From the IMG/VR virus record IMGVR_UViG_3300010371_000002, positions 29,961 through 93,960 of that record: a stretch of 64,000 bases of DNA; one strand, 5' to 3'. The DNA comes from a virus. This document shows positions 37,665-47,828 of the stretch, piece by piece. The notes beneath the pieces were generated by a model. The model made no database searches. It saw only the letters and a list, made by a program, of their open reading frames with translations, and had not been told where the DNA came from. A program made the position numbers and the translations under genes. Position 1 is the first letter of the stretch, and each line of letters begins with the position of its first letter.

Positions 37665-37946
37665 CTACGCGGCGAGGTAGGCCGAGACGGCTTTATCCAG
37701 GCGAGACTCCGACGTGTAGCGACCCTTGTTCTTGTGGCGAGCTATCGCCGCTTCAGCAACCGGCTTCATTCGCCTTAGTTCGGTGTTCTCAGCCATGAGC
37801 CGATGCACTACCGTCAGGAGATAGCTCATATCGGCAAAGGCGGGATGGCGCGTACCGGATGCTTCCGCCATCTTCGCCGTAATCTCCGCGATCCGCTTTT
37901 CATCCGAGACAACCGCCATGAGAGCGCGGTGAATAAGGTCCGTCAT
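37665..37946 (-). CDS. Hypothetical protein
   Basis: Coupled ORF. Confidence 0.5.
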   Translation of the reverse strand: MTDLIHRALMAVVSDEKRIAEITAKMAEASGTRHPAFADMSYLLTVVHRLMAENTELRRMKPVAEAAIARHKNKGRYTSESRLDKAVSAYLAA

Positions 37947-38455
37947 GATGTCGCCCTTTCCGAAACAGATGATTCCTCCGCTTCATCAGACTCCTCGATC
38001 TCTTCCGCGCAATCCCCGACTTTGCGGATCGGTGTTGCGCGCCCACTCCCCTCACATCTCCTACACTTCTCATAAGGGTGATATGTCCGGCACGGGCTAC
38101 CCCTAAAGGAACAAGCCCTGCCTGTCCCATCACACTCCGGGCATGATTTTGCGAGCGGAGAGTTGTACGGCCAGGTTTTCTCTCGCACTCCCTGGCCGTA
38201 GCAGATACAGCACCGCGAACCATCGGCCATCTTCCCATCCGTGCAGCGATCACACTTCACGGTTTCAACAGGACGAAGGATATAGCTGCAGACGGTTTCT
38301 TTTGAGAATGCGCGGCCGCACGAGCTGCATTCGAGGTCATCGCCGCGTTCCCAGAGGTCTTCCTGGCGTGCGCCGCACCAGGGGCAGCGTTCGTCGTTGT
38401 CCTCTCGTTTGAGCGGCAATTCCGCGTCAGAAATAACTTTCTCTTCAGTGCTCAA
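37943..38455 (-). CDS. DnaJ-like CxxCxGxG zinc-finger protein
   Basis: CDRCTDG, CICYGQG, CPECDGTG, CRRCEGSG. Confidence 0.6.
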   Translation of the reverse strand: MSTEEKVISDAELPLKREDNDERCPWCGARQEDLWERGDDLECSSCGRAFSKETVCSYILRPVETVKCDRCTDGKMADGSRCCICYGQGVREKTWPYNSPLAKSCPECDGTGRACSFRGSPCRTYHPYEKCRRCEGSGRATPIRKVGDCAEEIEESDEAEESSVSERATS

Positions 38456-38469
38456 TTATCTCTCCTTGT

Positions 38470-38736
38470 CTATCCGAGGTCAGGCCATGCCGTGACGGTC
38501 ACGATGCTGGCATGGCGGTCGATTTGTCCGTGCCGGGTTCCCACCCAAATCTTCACCGTGACGCGCTGTGCATCTATCCAGGCGATGTCATCAAGCACAT
38601 CCGCGACGAAGCAGCGTTCATCGCTTGCCCGGTGCCAATAGTGGAGTTGATCCCATCGCTTCATAAGGCGGTCAAGCTGTTCAATGGTCTTACGTGGCGA
38701 GCCCGTCATATGAAACCGGAACGTCTCAGGAATCAC
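38470..38736 (-). CDS. Hypothetical protein
   Basis: Coupled ORF. Confidence 0.45.
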   Translation of the reverse strand: MIPETFRFHMTGSPRKTIEQLDRLMKRWDQLHYWHRASDERCFVADVLDDIAWIDAQRVTVKIWVGTRHGQIDRHASIVTVTAWPDLG

Positions 38737-39236
38737 GCAGACTCCTTTTTGGCCCGGCGAGCCGCGAGCGCCGCCGTAACGTCCTTGTGGCAGGGAATGC
38801 AGACGGTCCGGTAATTCTCCAGGCTACACTCCCCGCCGCCCTCGCAAACCGGGACGATATGGTCGGCATCCCAAGCATTCCGGGAATTGCTCCTAATAAA
38901 GCCCATTTGCTTCCCGGCGTCGTGCCACTCCTGGTAAGGCATCTCGCCCTTCTGTTTCGACCATGCTTTATGCGCCTTCACGGTGTCGAGTCTACAGAGC
39001 GCACAGACGCCCTTGTCCCGTTTGAATAACAAGGCCCTCACATAGCCGGGATCGGTGAGTATGCTGAACCGGTCCACGCACTCCTGACTGCACCAGCAAC
39101 GGCGTGGCGGCGTGACCTCCTTGCCGCACATCCGGCAGCATCGCCGCCCATTGGGTCCGACAGGAAGTTGATCCATGGGGCGAAGGATTTCACGGCGACG
39201 CATAGGGTCCATGGTTCTGCGCGTACTCATCAGCAA
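38733..39236 (-). CDS. HNH endonuclease
   Basis: RDKGVCALC...WDADHIVPVCEGGG...LENYRTVCIPCH. Confidence 0.88.
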   Translation of the reverse strand: MLMSTRRTMDPMRRREILRPMDQLPVGPNGRRCCRMCGKEVTPPRRCWCSQECVDRFSILTDPGYVRALLFKRDKGVCALCRLDTVKAHKAWSKQKGEMPYQEWHDAGKQMGFIRSNSRNAWDADHIVPVCEGGGECSLENYRTVCIPCHKDVTAALAARRAKKESA

Positions 39237-39481
39237 ATGTCCTCTTGCATCAAAGCCGCTTGAAGTTTCAGGTTCTCCCGAGCCTCATCCATTCGAATCC
39301 AAAGCCGTCGGATCGCATCGTGATACATCTCGGCTTCAGCAGGAAAAGCCGCTGCCGCGTCCAGAAGCTGTCGTTCGGCCTCACGGCACTGCGCGACCAT
39401 CTCTTCTTCGGTGAGCCGGTATCGTTCCGGGATCGGATTCTTGACCGCTTTAGGGATTGCGGTTATCGATTCGGTTGCCAT
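39230..39481 (-). CDS. Hypothetical protein
   Basis: In-operon ORF. Confidence 0.5.
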   Translation of the reverse strand: MATESITAIPKAVKNPIPERYRLTEEEMVAQCREAERQLLDAAAAFPAEAEMYHDAIRRLWIRMDEARENLKLQAALMQEDIC

Positions 39482-39498
39482 AATTGCGAAAACTCCCG

Positions 39499-39993
39499 TT
39501 AAAACAGCGCAGATTGCTGAACGGCCGCAGGTGTCTCGGGTTCCCCCTGTGCGGATATGGCACCACCAGCAGGCGGGTCGTTCTTGTCAATCGGCGTGGC
39601 GTTGTGGCCGCGCTCCAGCATGTCGATCTCGTTGGCCCATATATCCAGGCAATAGGGCGAAAACGGGCATTCACCGTCCCGCAGGTCGGTATGACCGTGC
39701 TTGTTCCCAGGCGTGATCTGTGCGGAGACGGCCGCGAGATCATCCAGCAGCTTTCGGGTGGCCTGGATCAATTCCCGGCGCGAGAGGCGGGCGTGCTGCT
39801 TGCCCGAGCGGATGAAGTCCGTTTGCTTCGAGAGCTTCCGCTGAATGGCATCGGACTGAGCGTAGAGTTCCTCCGGGGCTTTGTTTTGGCCGATTAATGT
39901 AGTTTTTGTAGTCTCGTTTCCGGTGTTTTTCTCCTGAGTGGACGCGGTGTAACCGGCTGCTTTTGCCTTCGCTATTAATTCTTCAGCATTCAT
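39499..39993 (-). CDS. Hypothetical protein
   Basis: ORF following origin region. Confidence 0.55.
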   Translation of the reverse strand: MNAEELIAKAKAAGYTASTQEKNTGNETTKTTLIGQNKAPEELYAQSDAIQRKLSKQTDFIRSGKQHARLSRRELIQATRKLLDDLAAVSAQITPGNKHGHTDLRDGECPFSPYCLDIWANEIDMLERGHNATPIDKNDPPAGGAISAQGEPETPAAVQQSALF

Positions 39994-40180
39994 GATATAA
40001 AACCAAGCCTCTATATTTAGTAATATAGATTACAATATTGTTCAAAGTGTCTAGACTACGCGACTACAAAAACTACATAATTCGACAAATGAATTAATCG
40101 GGCAATTCCCCATCTTATTTTTCGGTCGATTTATGTAGTCTCGGTTTTTTGCAGTAATTTGCACTAAACTACATAATTCG
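39892..40180. other. Putative replication origin with iterons
   Basis: AT-rich; ACTACAT(A/T)A(T/A)TC motif in alternating orientation at 39892-39913(-), 40062-40083(+), 40128-40140(-) and 40166-40180(+), next to primase-helicase. Confidence 0.65.
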
Positions 40181-40202
40181 GACGGACGGCGATTAGGGCA
40201 TC

Positions 40203-42878
40203 TTACGGGGCCAATACCGCTGGATTGACGGCAAATCGCGGCTTTGGCGGCGCGCCCCGCACGCCCGGATCGCGCGGCGTCATCTCCAGTCGCAGATAGC
40301 CATGGTCGATGAGCTTAAGCAACGCCGCGTCTACAGCCTCTTTGCTTCCGATGGACCGGTTGCCGTTCCAGCAGTCGCGCATTGTGAAGTGCGGCTGCTT
40401 TCGCCTCTGCGCCCATCCAAGCAGCCGCTTGGCGAGCGATGCGTTATCATCGGAGCGCATTTCCCCGAAAGCTTCCTTGGCATGGGGAATCAGGTAGTCG
40501 CCGATGATGCAGGCATTCGCCATTGTCAGGGCGCTAATGGGCGTATCCCACGGGCGGCCGGTGTCGAGGCACGTGACCATGTGCAGATTCCCAGCAATCC
40601 GCGCCACGTTCCCGGCCAGCTTAGAAACCCAGCTCGGCATCCCTGCTAGATCTTGATCCGGTCGAAGCCGACCCTCCACGTCGTTGTTAAAATAGGCGAA
40701 TACCGCGACGGCTTCCGGGGAGAACGTTATCGTAAAGCGCCTCTCGGGATTACCAGGCGTCACCGACTTCGGCAGGTCAAACAGAGATCGGATGAGCTTG
40801 TCGTATCCGTAGTTCGCGGTCAGGTGAACGCCAGTGTCCCGGTACATCCTCGTCCCGACAAGGCTTTTCGGGATGCAGTACAGGAACCGGTCAATAAAAC
40901 CGTTGTCGCTCATCGTTTTTGTTTCGAGAAGCGACCGGAGAATGCCCGGCTGGACCATCAGACCCATGGTGAGCAATGGGAACGGCAGGTCAGTCTCGCC
41001 GCTGCCCACCCGGTCAACCGCATGACTTTCGCCCGACCATGCTTTCAGGTAGATGTCCATCGAAGGAGCGCTGCCGCCCTTGCTGGAGTACTGGCCTTTG
41101 ATGATCGAGAAGATGCCGCCTTCGGCGCTGATCAGTGCGAGGCAGTTGTCCTCCTGCTCGGCAAGGAGGCTCGATAACTTCTCCGTGGAGATGTCCTGGA
41201 CAATGAGCCGGGGACAAGAGGGCGGCCGGTTCATCCCGATATCCTCAAGAATCGTGTCAGCGGCCTGGTAATAGCGCAACGATTCGCCGGGGTCAGCGGC
41301 TTTCGATGCCGACGCCATCATATGTTCACGGCGTTTGTTTTCTGCATCCCAGCGATCGCGCTTCGATTTGTATTCCGCGCCAAGTTCCTGTGCGATCTCG
41401 CGCTCCAAGGCCCGCAGCGGGAACATCACTGTCTTGAGCGCCGTGCTTTTGCGCGTTCCTGGATCGGCGGCAACCGCGATATAGAGGTTCAGCGTCTCTT
41501 CATGCAGGCGACTCGCGCCTCCCACCTGAACTTTCGCCCGTCGCGAATTGACTGCGGACAAACAGGCCAGAGACATCATGGCCTGCATGTCCACGGGCGT
41601 CTGAACGGACGATGCCGCTTCCTCAACATGGTCGCGCACAATATCTGGAAGAGCCTGAATCGGGAAATCAGGGAGTGAACCTTCCGTCAGCGAAAGAGGT
41701 TCGTCCCAATCGTCGCTTATTGCGACAGGCTCGACCTGATTGAGTTGACGTACCACCTGAATCCGCGATGGTGGCATCATCCCGGCGACGTGAGCAGGGA
41801 TTGCTGCGAGAGGTTGACCGTCGGACGGGCGGAACGTTCCTTGAAACTCGGGCTTATCGTAGGCGTCGGGTTCATACATCAGCCGTAGGTCGCGCCACGT
41901 ATGGCCCTGGCAGCTCGCGTGATGGCACCCCGCCGCAATCATCCCCGTGGATGTCTGGGCGATAAAGGCTCCATTGTCGGCGTGCGTCTCGCTCCATGGG
42001 CACGGGTTCAAGATCCACTTCCGGCCACCCTTCCAGTCACACACCCGCTTGACCGGCAGCCCATGCCGCGAGATCCATTCTTCTAAATCGAATTCCGGTC
42101 GTGGAGCGCCACCATAATAGCGGTTGGGCCGCGTAATCGGTTCAGGTTCAGGCACAATGTCTGCGAGTGCCTGTAGCAGGTCACGGGGAACTGCCGTGAT
42201 GGCTTTCGGGACGTGCGCGATTCGCGAACGGCGGTGTGGACGGTCTGGCGTGCTATCTCCCTTGCAGGCCATCGTCCCGTAAAGCTTCGTGCCGCGCGCG
42301 GCGGTCGCGGCGGCGAGATCCACCGTTACGGCGTCGTCGCTGAACATCAGTCCCAGGGCTTCAAGGCATCTCGCAATCAGCGTTTTCGACACATCGTCGT
42401 TTGGCAGGTTGACGGAATAGAGCAGGTGCCATCCGTTGCCGCTATCGCATACGATCGGTTCGGGCCAGCCTAAACCCCGCAGGTACCGGCCGATCTGCGA
42501 GGACCGCTCCTTCGCGGCCGCGTGCTCGGCATCAGTGGATGAGATGTTGGAAGGGCGTTCCGGGTCCAGGTCGATGAACAGCCATCGCCGCCGCCGTATG
42601 TCTGTATCGCCCGTTGAGGTATCCGCGAATAGCTCTAAGCGGTTCGCGGCACGTGCTAGGAGATCTGGATTGACCTCGTTGAGCGAGAGATAGACATTGT
42701 GCCGGCCGTCCCAGGACCGAATGGCTGCTGCCGCCTTCTGGAAATCGTTGAAGTAACCCCGAACGGTCTTTTTCTCGGTCTTCGGAAGCCGGATTTCGAC
42801 CACAGAACCGGGTTCAAAGAGCGTTTCCAGAGTATTGATGATCTGCGTTGCGTCGAACTCTGACATTAACGCTTCCAT
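40203..42878 (-). CDS. Primase (AEP-like N-terminus) fused to DUF3987/YfjI helicase-like domain
   Basis: WLFIDLDP, DSGNGWHLLY; CPW...H...CHHASC zinc motif; ADPGTRKST Walker A, STEKL, YLKAWSG, MVQP, GFIDRFLY. Confidence 0.85.
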   Translation of the reverse strand: MEALMSEFDATQIINTLETLFEPGSVVEIRLPKTEKKTVRGYFNDFQKAAAAIRSWDGRHNVYLSLNEVNPDLLARAANRLELFADTSTGDTDIRRRRWLFIDLDPERPSNISSTDAEHAAAKERSSQIGRYLRGLGWPEPIVCDSGNGWHLLYSVNLPNDDVSKTLIARCLEALGLMFSDDAVTVDLAAATAARGTKLYGTMACKGDSTPDRPHRRSRIAHVPKAITAVPRDLLQALADIVPEPEPITRPNRYYGGAPRPEFDLEEWISRHGLPVKRVCDWKGGRKWILNPCPWSETHADNGAFIAQTSTGMIAAGCHHASCQGHTWRDLRLMYEPDAYDKPEFQGTFRPSDGQPLAAIPAHVAGMMPPSRIQVVRQLNQVEPVAISDDWDEPLSLTEGSLPDFPIQALPDIVRDHVEEAASSVQTPVDMQAMMSLACLSAVNSRRAKVQVGGASRLHEETLNLYIAVAADPGTRKSTALKTVMFPLRALEREIAQELGAEYKSKRDRWDAENKRREHMMASASKAADPGESLRYYQAADTILEDIGMNRPPSCPRLIVQDISTEKLSSLLAEQEDNCLALISAEGGIFSIIKGQYSSKGGSAPSMDIYLKAWSGESHAVDRVGSGETDLPFPLLTMGLMVQPGILRSLLETKTMSDNGFIDRFLYCIPKSLVGTRMYRDTGVHLTANYGYDKLIRSLFDLPKSVTPGNPERRFTITFSPEAVAVFAYFNNDVEGRLRPDQDLAGMPSWVSKLAGNVARIAGNLHMVTCLDTGRPWDTPISALTMANACIIGDYLIPHAKEAFGEMRSDDNASLAKRLLGWAQRRKQPHFTMRDCWNGNRSIGSKEAVDAALLKLIDHGYLRLEMTPRDPGVRGAPPKPRFAVNPAVLAP

Positions 42879-43438
42879 TCTTCGACGGTCTTATCACCCT
42901 TGGAGCTATTACACGCCCCACAGCAAGCCACCAAATTCCCCATCTCATGAGACCCACCCCGCGCAATAGGCACCACATGATCCACCGTGATATCCCGCTC
43001 GCTCCCGCAATAGACACACTTCCTCCCGTCCCTCCTGAACACGGCTGGAGCGACATAAGGTCTCACGCGATCCCATTGCGCCCGAGTAACAATCTCCTCT
43101 GGAAACCACCGCCCGTAAGCATCCCAAATCCGTTGTGTGGTAAGAGAATTGTCAGTTTGATGTTCCAAAACTCGGACCATCTCAATACACGCATAATGGA
43201 GTGTTCGGTCCGGTGTAGTGAGTCGTTTCCCCTGAAGTAATTCGCCTGTGATTCGGGACATGAGCTTTGTGCAGACGGTGAGAATCCATACTCTTGCTTC
43301 CAGGTTTTTGCGCGAGGGTGATGGTTCGGGCGTGGTAGTGGGATGGTCCAGGTCGTCGGCGGCTTCTTGAGCGCGGGACATCCGGGACACGGCAAGGCTG
43401 TTCTTCAGTTGGGTTGCTGTAGATGGATTCAGTGACAT
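42866..43438 (-). CDS. HNH endonuclease
   Basis: VFRRDGRKCVYCG...TVDHVVPIARGG...NLVACCGACNSSKG. Confidence 0.88.
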   Translation of the reverse strand: MSLNPSTATQLKNSLAVSRMSRAQEAADDLDHPTTTPEPSPSRKNLEARVWILTVCTKLMSRITGELLQGKRLTTPDRTLHYACIEMVRVLEHQTDNSLTTQRIWDAYGRWFPEEIVTRAQWDRVRPYVAPAVFRRDGRKCVYCGSERDITVDHVVPIARGGSHEMGNLVACCGACNSSKGDKTVEEWKR

Positions 43439-43767
43439 CTTTTCAACGTTTCGTTCAAATCGGAAAGCATCGCGGCCTTTGCCCGTACCGCCTCTATTCC
43501 AGTCTCTTCAACTTTGTAGTACCGGCGACGCCTGCCGCCCCGCATGGCCGCAGGCTGGCTCTCCCGGGACGTCACATAGCCCTTCTGCTCGATACGCGCC
43601 AGTGCCGTGTATATCGCGCCTGGAGCCGGTTTGCGTCCCGTGCGCTGTTCGATGGCGGCCGCGATTTTCGGGCCGTAGGCTTCATCCCGGAGGCTGATTA
43701 CCGCCAACAGGAGAGATGTCTCAAAGTCGCCAAGAAGCCTATTGGACATCCTCACGCCGGTCGCCAT
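43429..43767 (-). CDS. PadR-family transcriptional regulator
   Basis: LGDFE..LLLAV...AYG..I...GAIYTALARIEQKGYV...GGRRRRYYKV...G. Confidence 0.88.
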   Translation of the reverse strand: MATGVRMSNRLLGDFETSLLLAVISLRDEAYGPKIAAAIEQRTGRKPAPGAIYTALARIEQKGYVTSRESQPAAMRGGRRRRYYKVEETGIEAVRAKAAMLSDLNETLKRCH

Positions 43768-44372
43768 TCCGTTCCCTCGAACAGCAAATCATCCACTTCA
43801 ACGCCTGGCGTGATCCAATACGGCTTCTTTGGACCGCCTGGACGATTGCCGTTGAAAACACGAATGCCATTCCCCTTTACAATGCAGGTTTGGCGATTAT
43901 AGGGCATCGGATCATTGCCGTCGAAATATTCGCGGCCCGTCTCTTCCAGGCAGCTTAACTGTTGCTCTACTTGCAGGCGTTCACAGCAGCAGGTGGAGAA
44001 TCCGCATTTCGGGCATTCGCCGCCGTCGTCAGAATACGGCGGCGTTTCGTAAATCGGTGGGGCACCCTGCGACTGCGGGCCTTCCCCAGCGGTACACTCA
44101 TCAATATCCTTAGGGCATCTGCATTCATGCTTCAGGCAATCACAGACTGAGCACAGATCGCCGCAGAAACCACACCAAACGCGGCTGCCGCCTTGATGCC
44201 CAGGGCAACTACTAAATCGCGCTGCCCATCCGTCACGCTCGATTTCCGTGATTGCGCCAGCGGCAAGCAAGCCGGTCAGGAGCCCGGTGCTAAAGCGCAC
44301 TCCCCCAGTTCCTGCGTCATCCCGCATTTCGAGCCAGCGTGCATTGAGAACATCGACGATATCCTGGTCCAT
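43752..44372 (-). CDS. Cys-rich hypothetical protein
   Basis: CPGH...WCGFCG. Confidence 0.5.
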   Translation of the reverse strand: MDQDIVDVLNARWLEMRDDAGTGGVRFSTGLLTGLLAAGAITEIERDGWAARFSSCPGHQGGSRVWCGFCGDLCSVCDCLKHECRCPKDIDECTAGEGPQSQGAPPIYETPPYSDDGGECPKCGFSTCCCERLQVEQQLSCLEETGREYFDGNDPMPYNRQTCIVKGNGIRVFNGNRPGGPKKPYWITPGVEVDDLLFEGTEWRPA

Positions 44373-44385
44373 GCTATTTCGGCTC

Positions 44386-45264
44386 CTAACGTTTCACGGC
44401 ATCTTTCAGAAGTTGGTCGAGATCGGCGTCGGAAATCTTCCCCAGCCGCCAATCCAGCACACCAAAGAAAAACTTCTGCGCCGGCCCCGCCGAATACTGA
44501 TCGGCCTTTTCCTTAAGCCATTCCTTGAACTGAGCGTCCGTCCTCTTCAATGACCCTGCCGTCGTTGCTCCCATCTCGGTAGCCGCCCTGGTGATGGCCG
44601 GTGATGTCGCACGCCCGTTGTTCTGCTCTTTCGCCCGCTCGATCACTTCCGCACGCTGCGAAGGCTCAATCGCCGCCACCACAGTAACCGCCGCATCCAG
44701 GGAGAGGGTGTCACTGGCTACCATGGCCTGTGTCCCGGCATCCAACTCCAATACCTTTTTATGTTTGGCGACCCAGGAAGGATCTTTGCCGAGCCGAGCC
44801 GCGATCTCAGAATCCTTCAACCCATGCGATTCCGACAGAACCCGAATCAGCAATGCGTGATCAACACTGTTCAGAGGTGTGCGCGTGGGGTCGTCGTTCT
44901 CCACGAAGGTATGGATGACTGCTTCGACCTCGTTCATCTGCCGGTATGTGCCGAAAATGATGAAGGGAGATTCCGGGGAGTAGGTGACTCCCGTCGGGCC
45001 GGTCATGCATCGTTCGGTAATCCGGGCGGCGGCGAGGATGCGGGTATGGCCCGAGACAGGGATGGGCTTCCCGTCATAGCCCTTCCGATAGAGGAAGGCT
45101 TGCTGCTGACCGTGTTTGAGCAGGCTTTCGGCCATGGCTTGGATGGCTTCTTCGGAGCGTTCTTTGCGACCGGTGAACGGCGAGAAGTTCGGTATCAAGT
45201 CAAAAGGGTCGAAGCCGTACTCGTCGCGCTTACCATGCGTTTCGACTGACAGTTTGAGGGCCAT
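44386..45264 (-). CDS. ParB/Srx-domain protein with HTH
   Basis: MAESLLKHGQQQA...VSGHTRILAA...FVEN..R..LN; EIAARLGKDPSWV. Confidence 0.8.
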   Translation of the reverse strand: MALKLSVETHGKRDEYGFDPFDLIPNFSPFTGRKERSEEAIQAMAESLLKHGQQQAFLYRKGYDGKPIPVSGHTRILAAARITERCMTGPTGVTYSPESPFIIFGTYRQMNEVEAVIHTFVENDDPTRTPLNSVDHALLIRVLSESHGLKDSEIAARLGKDPSWVAKHKKVLELDAGTQAMVASDTLSLDAAVTVVAAIEPSQRAEVIERAKEQNNGRATSPAITRAATEMGATTAGSLKRTDAQFKEWLKEKADQYSAGPAQKFFFGVLDWRLGKISDADLDQLLKDAVKR

Positions 45265-45314
45265 GTAATTTCAACTCCTAAAATCGAACCGGTGTTTGCA
45301 TAAATCTCATCATA

Positions 45315-45402
45315 ATTATACCGCAACTTTACCATAGTTTCTGTGTCTTCTCTAATTACCATAGTTACCGAAAGAGACACAAGAATGAATGTTGTGTATA
45401 AT
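45315..45402. promoter_or_regulatory. Divergent promoters with direct repeats
   Basis: TATAAT on minus (45315-20) and plus (45397-402); TTACCATAGTT at 45329 and 45356. Confidence 0.55.
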
Positions 45403-45450
45403 AGAAGCAGAATAGACGTTTCGGCGCGCTCGATCCGCGCATTTCTCGCT

Positions 45451-45657
45451 ATGAATGAAACCGAAAAACTCACTGTCCCGGAGGCCTGCAAGCTCCTTGG
45501 CATCAGCCGCCCCACTCTCTATAAGCGGATGGCTGAATGGGGGCTCGCGTTTGTCCCCGGCAATCCTCTTCTGGAAAAAGAGCAGCGTTTCTTCTACAGG
45601 GCCGATGTTGAGCGCGTCAAGGCGTCTGCCGGCCTGAAGCGCAATTCCTCGTCCTGA
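45451..45657 (+). CDS. Excisionase/MerR-like HTH protein
   Basis: LTVPEACKLLGISRPTLYKRM...FFYRADVE. Confidence 0.8.
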   Translation: MNETEKLTVPEACKLLGISRPTLYKRMAEWGLAFVPGNPLLEKEQRFFYRADVERVKASAGLKRNSSS

Positions 45658-45662
45658 CCCGT

Positions 45663-46268
45663 TCATACATCCTCTGCGAATAGATCAAGCGTCAGGGGGC
45701 ATGGCTTCTCGGGCATCACCGTCTCTATGACGGCCTCGCGCTCTCCTCTCAGCACACTCTCCGGGACGTTGAACCATCCTTGCCGCCCGGTGAATGGGAC
45801 AGGCTCCGCGAGCGCCTCCACATCCTCAAGCCGCCACGCGAACCGCTCCATACTGTAGTCACCGAACTTGAGTTCGTGCCGCGCCCCATACTGCCAGACC
45901 ACATCTCGAATCTGCGATTCCCGTTCTGTCGGGATGCAGTTTGTGATTCGCGCCGTAGCAGCGATGGCCCCGAACGCCATGCGCTCCCGAACCCGTTCCA
46001 GGAACCAGTAATCCGGCACATCCTGCGCGATGTTGAGGTGTGCGCAGATCACTTTGCGGTGAGGCTGTTCCAAGCACCAACCCTTGATCTCGCGGTCCCA
46101 CTTCCTGGCGGCCAGGATCGCGATGCGGCCCCGATAGTCCGTGCGCCACCCCCGGGTTTCAAATCGCTTCTCGTCCCAGGCGATGAACGATGCCCAGGGT
46201 TGCCATAATCCGATACAAGGCATCTGCCCCGGCACGACTGTGGGGTTAGTGGTTCGGAACGCGCTCAT
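45663..46268 (-). CDS. ASCH-domain protein
   Basis: IGLWQPWASFI..DEKRFETRGW.T.YRG.IAI.A...FAW.L...P.PF.G.QGWF. Confidence 0.88.
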   Translation of the reverse strand: MSAFRTTNPTVVPGQMPCIGLWQPWASFIAWDEKRFETRGWRTDYRGRIAILAARKWDREIKGWCLEQPHRKVICAHLNIAQDVPDYWFLERVRERMAFGAIAATARITNCIPTERESQIRDVVWQYGARHELKFGDYSMERFAWRLEDVEALAEPVPFTGRQGWFNVPESVLRGEREAVIETVMPEKPCPLTLDLFAEDV

Positions 46269-46678
46269 ACTGCCTCCGTGGTTGCGGCAAACAAGTCGAG
46301 CGTCTCAGGACACGGGCGGCCAGCCATCCAACCGTGCAGCGCCTCCATGGCCTCATCGGTCGCCGCCCAATCACCCTCCGGGAACACCTTCGCCCCCGGC
46401 GCGAACAGAACCGCCTCCATGTCTCGGAATTCACACGGCTCCCCGGTCGTGGGCTCCCCGTAGAACCAGCCGCCCACATCGGGATCTTCATCCTTCCGGG
46501 CTTGCTCCATGGCATCGCCGCGCCACTGGGCGATGCAATAAAAATTGACGGTGCGATCCTCGCGCACTTTATGGGATTTCTCGGTTTCCCGGAATGGATG
46601 CACGGGGCGAGAGTGGCTTGTTCGGCGGCATTTCGGCACCTGATGCTCACCGTGAATGATTTGCTCGGTTTCAGTCAT
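46265..46678 (-). CDS. Hypothetical protein
   Basis: Coupled ORF; C-terminus PCPETLDLFA resembles the ASCH gene's PCPLTLDLFA. Confidence 0.5.
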   Translation of the reverse strand: MTETEQIIHGEHQVPKCRRTSHSRPVHPFRETEKSHKVREDRTVNFYCIAQWRGDAMEQARKDEDPDVGGWFYGEPTTGEPCEFRDMEAVLFAPGAKVFPEGDWAATDEAMEALHGWMAGRPCPETLDLFAATTEAV

Positions 46679-47178
46679 TTGTTTTTTTCATCGCCTCTGA
46701 TAATTTCCAGTTCGACTCGGGGCATCATGCGATCCGCGCCCAATTCATCCTTCTCCCATCGGATCACACGGTCATTCGTCACCACCCCCGCCAGTGCAAT
46801 CCCATCGATATAGCTCTTGAACCAGGCCCTGATGTCATCCTCATCGGCCACATTACTGCGGGTCAGGTAGATGCGGCAAAGACCATGGGCTGCAGTCCAC
46901 CCGGGCATCGCACCTTTGAGCGTCTCCTTGGCCGTGCCATACGCCAGTGCCTTGGTTTCCTCGACCAGCTTACGAACGATGGTCCAATGTGGACGCCCTC
47001 CGTTCGGATGCAAACGACGGTCAGGCAACGGCAAAATCACGACGATGCGATTTCCGTCATAGAAGCTTGGCGGCAGGACAGGGGCGGCTTTCATAACGCG
47101 AGGTTGCTTTTTCTTCTGCCCTGGGTTCTTAGCATCCATCAAGGCATCGAATTCCGCCTGCGACATCCGTAGACTCAC
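46675..47178 (-). CDS. RusA-like Holliday junction resolvase
   Basis: LPLP...HPN; DEDD...FKSYIDGIA.AGVVTND...PRVELEI. Confidence 0.7.
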   Translation of the reverse strand: MSLRMSQAEFDALMDAKNPGQKKKQPRVMKAAPVLPPSFYDGNRIVVILPLPDRRLHPNGGRPHWTIVRKLVEETKALAYGTAKETLKGAMPGWTAAHGLCRIYLTRSNVADEDDIRAWFKSYIDGIALAGVVTNDRVIRWEKDELGADRMMPRVELEIIRGDEKNK

Positions 47179-47828
47179 TGCACGGCCCCTCCATTGAATG
47201 CACGCCTGAGTTGCGCCACTCTCTGAACACCGGCCCTCATCTCGGAGCAGACCCGACGGTTCGTCCATCCATCGCGGAACTTCTCGAAGATTTCCTCATC
47301 AGTCACATGCATCGTCTTGCCCTGCGGTCGAACGGGGATTCCTGCCGCCTTGAGTGCCTCCCGGATCGCATGACCATCCACATGCAGTTCGGCATAAATC
47401 TGCGAGTAGGAATAGCCTTCTTGGTACACCCGGCAAATCGCTTCCTGTTTTGCAGCTTTTGCGGCGGCTCGTGCTGACGGTTTGGCTGTTACGGGCCGCG
47501 ATTCTCTCCGTGCTTTTTGCTCCCGGCGCTTCTGTTGAGCCACTACATCCACGACGATTTCTTGATGAGGTGGACGCATGACCGCAACGGGAATGACCGG
47601 TTTCTCTATCGCACGAGACGGTGTAACGGGGACCCTGGTATTCCGGGTTGTTTTCGGTTCGATCCCAAGAGCCTTCTGCCGATCCTCAATGTACTGGTGC
47701 AGGAATGTGCGCATATCAATCGCTTCGGGGAGTGTGTAATGGCCCTCGAACTCGGAAAGTCTCTGGCTCCAAAAACGGTGAGGACACTCTCCTGCGGGCG
47801 TATTGTCGATATAGTGCTGATAGTTCAA
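47175..47828 (-). CDS. HTH DNA-binding protein
   Basis: YQEGYSYSQI...IREALKAAGIPVR. Confidence 0.6.
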   Translation of the reverse strand: MNYQHYIDNTPAGECPHRFWSQRLSEFEGHYTLPEAIDMRTFLHQYIEDRQKALGIEPKTTRNTRVPVTPSRAIEKPVIPVAVMRPPHQEIVVDVVAQQKRREQKARRESRPVTAKPSARAAAKAAKQEAICRVYQEGYSYSQIYAELHVDGHAIREALKAAGIPVRPQGKTMHVTDEEIFEKFRDGWTNRRVCSEMRAGVQRVAQLRRAFNGGAVQ

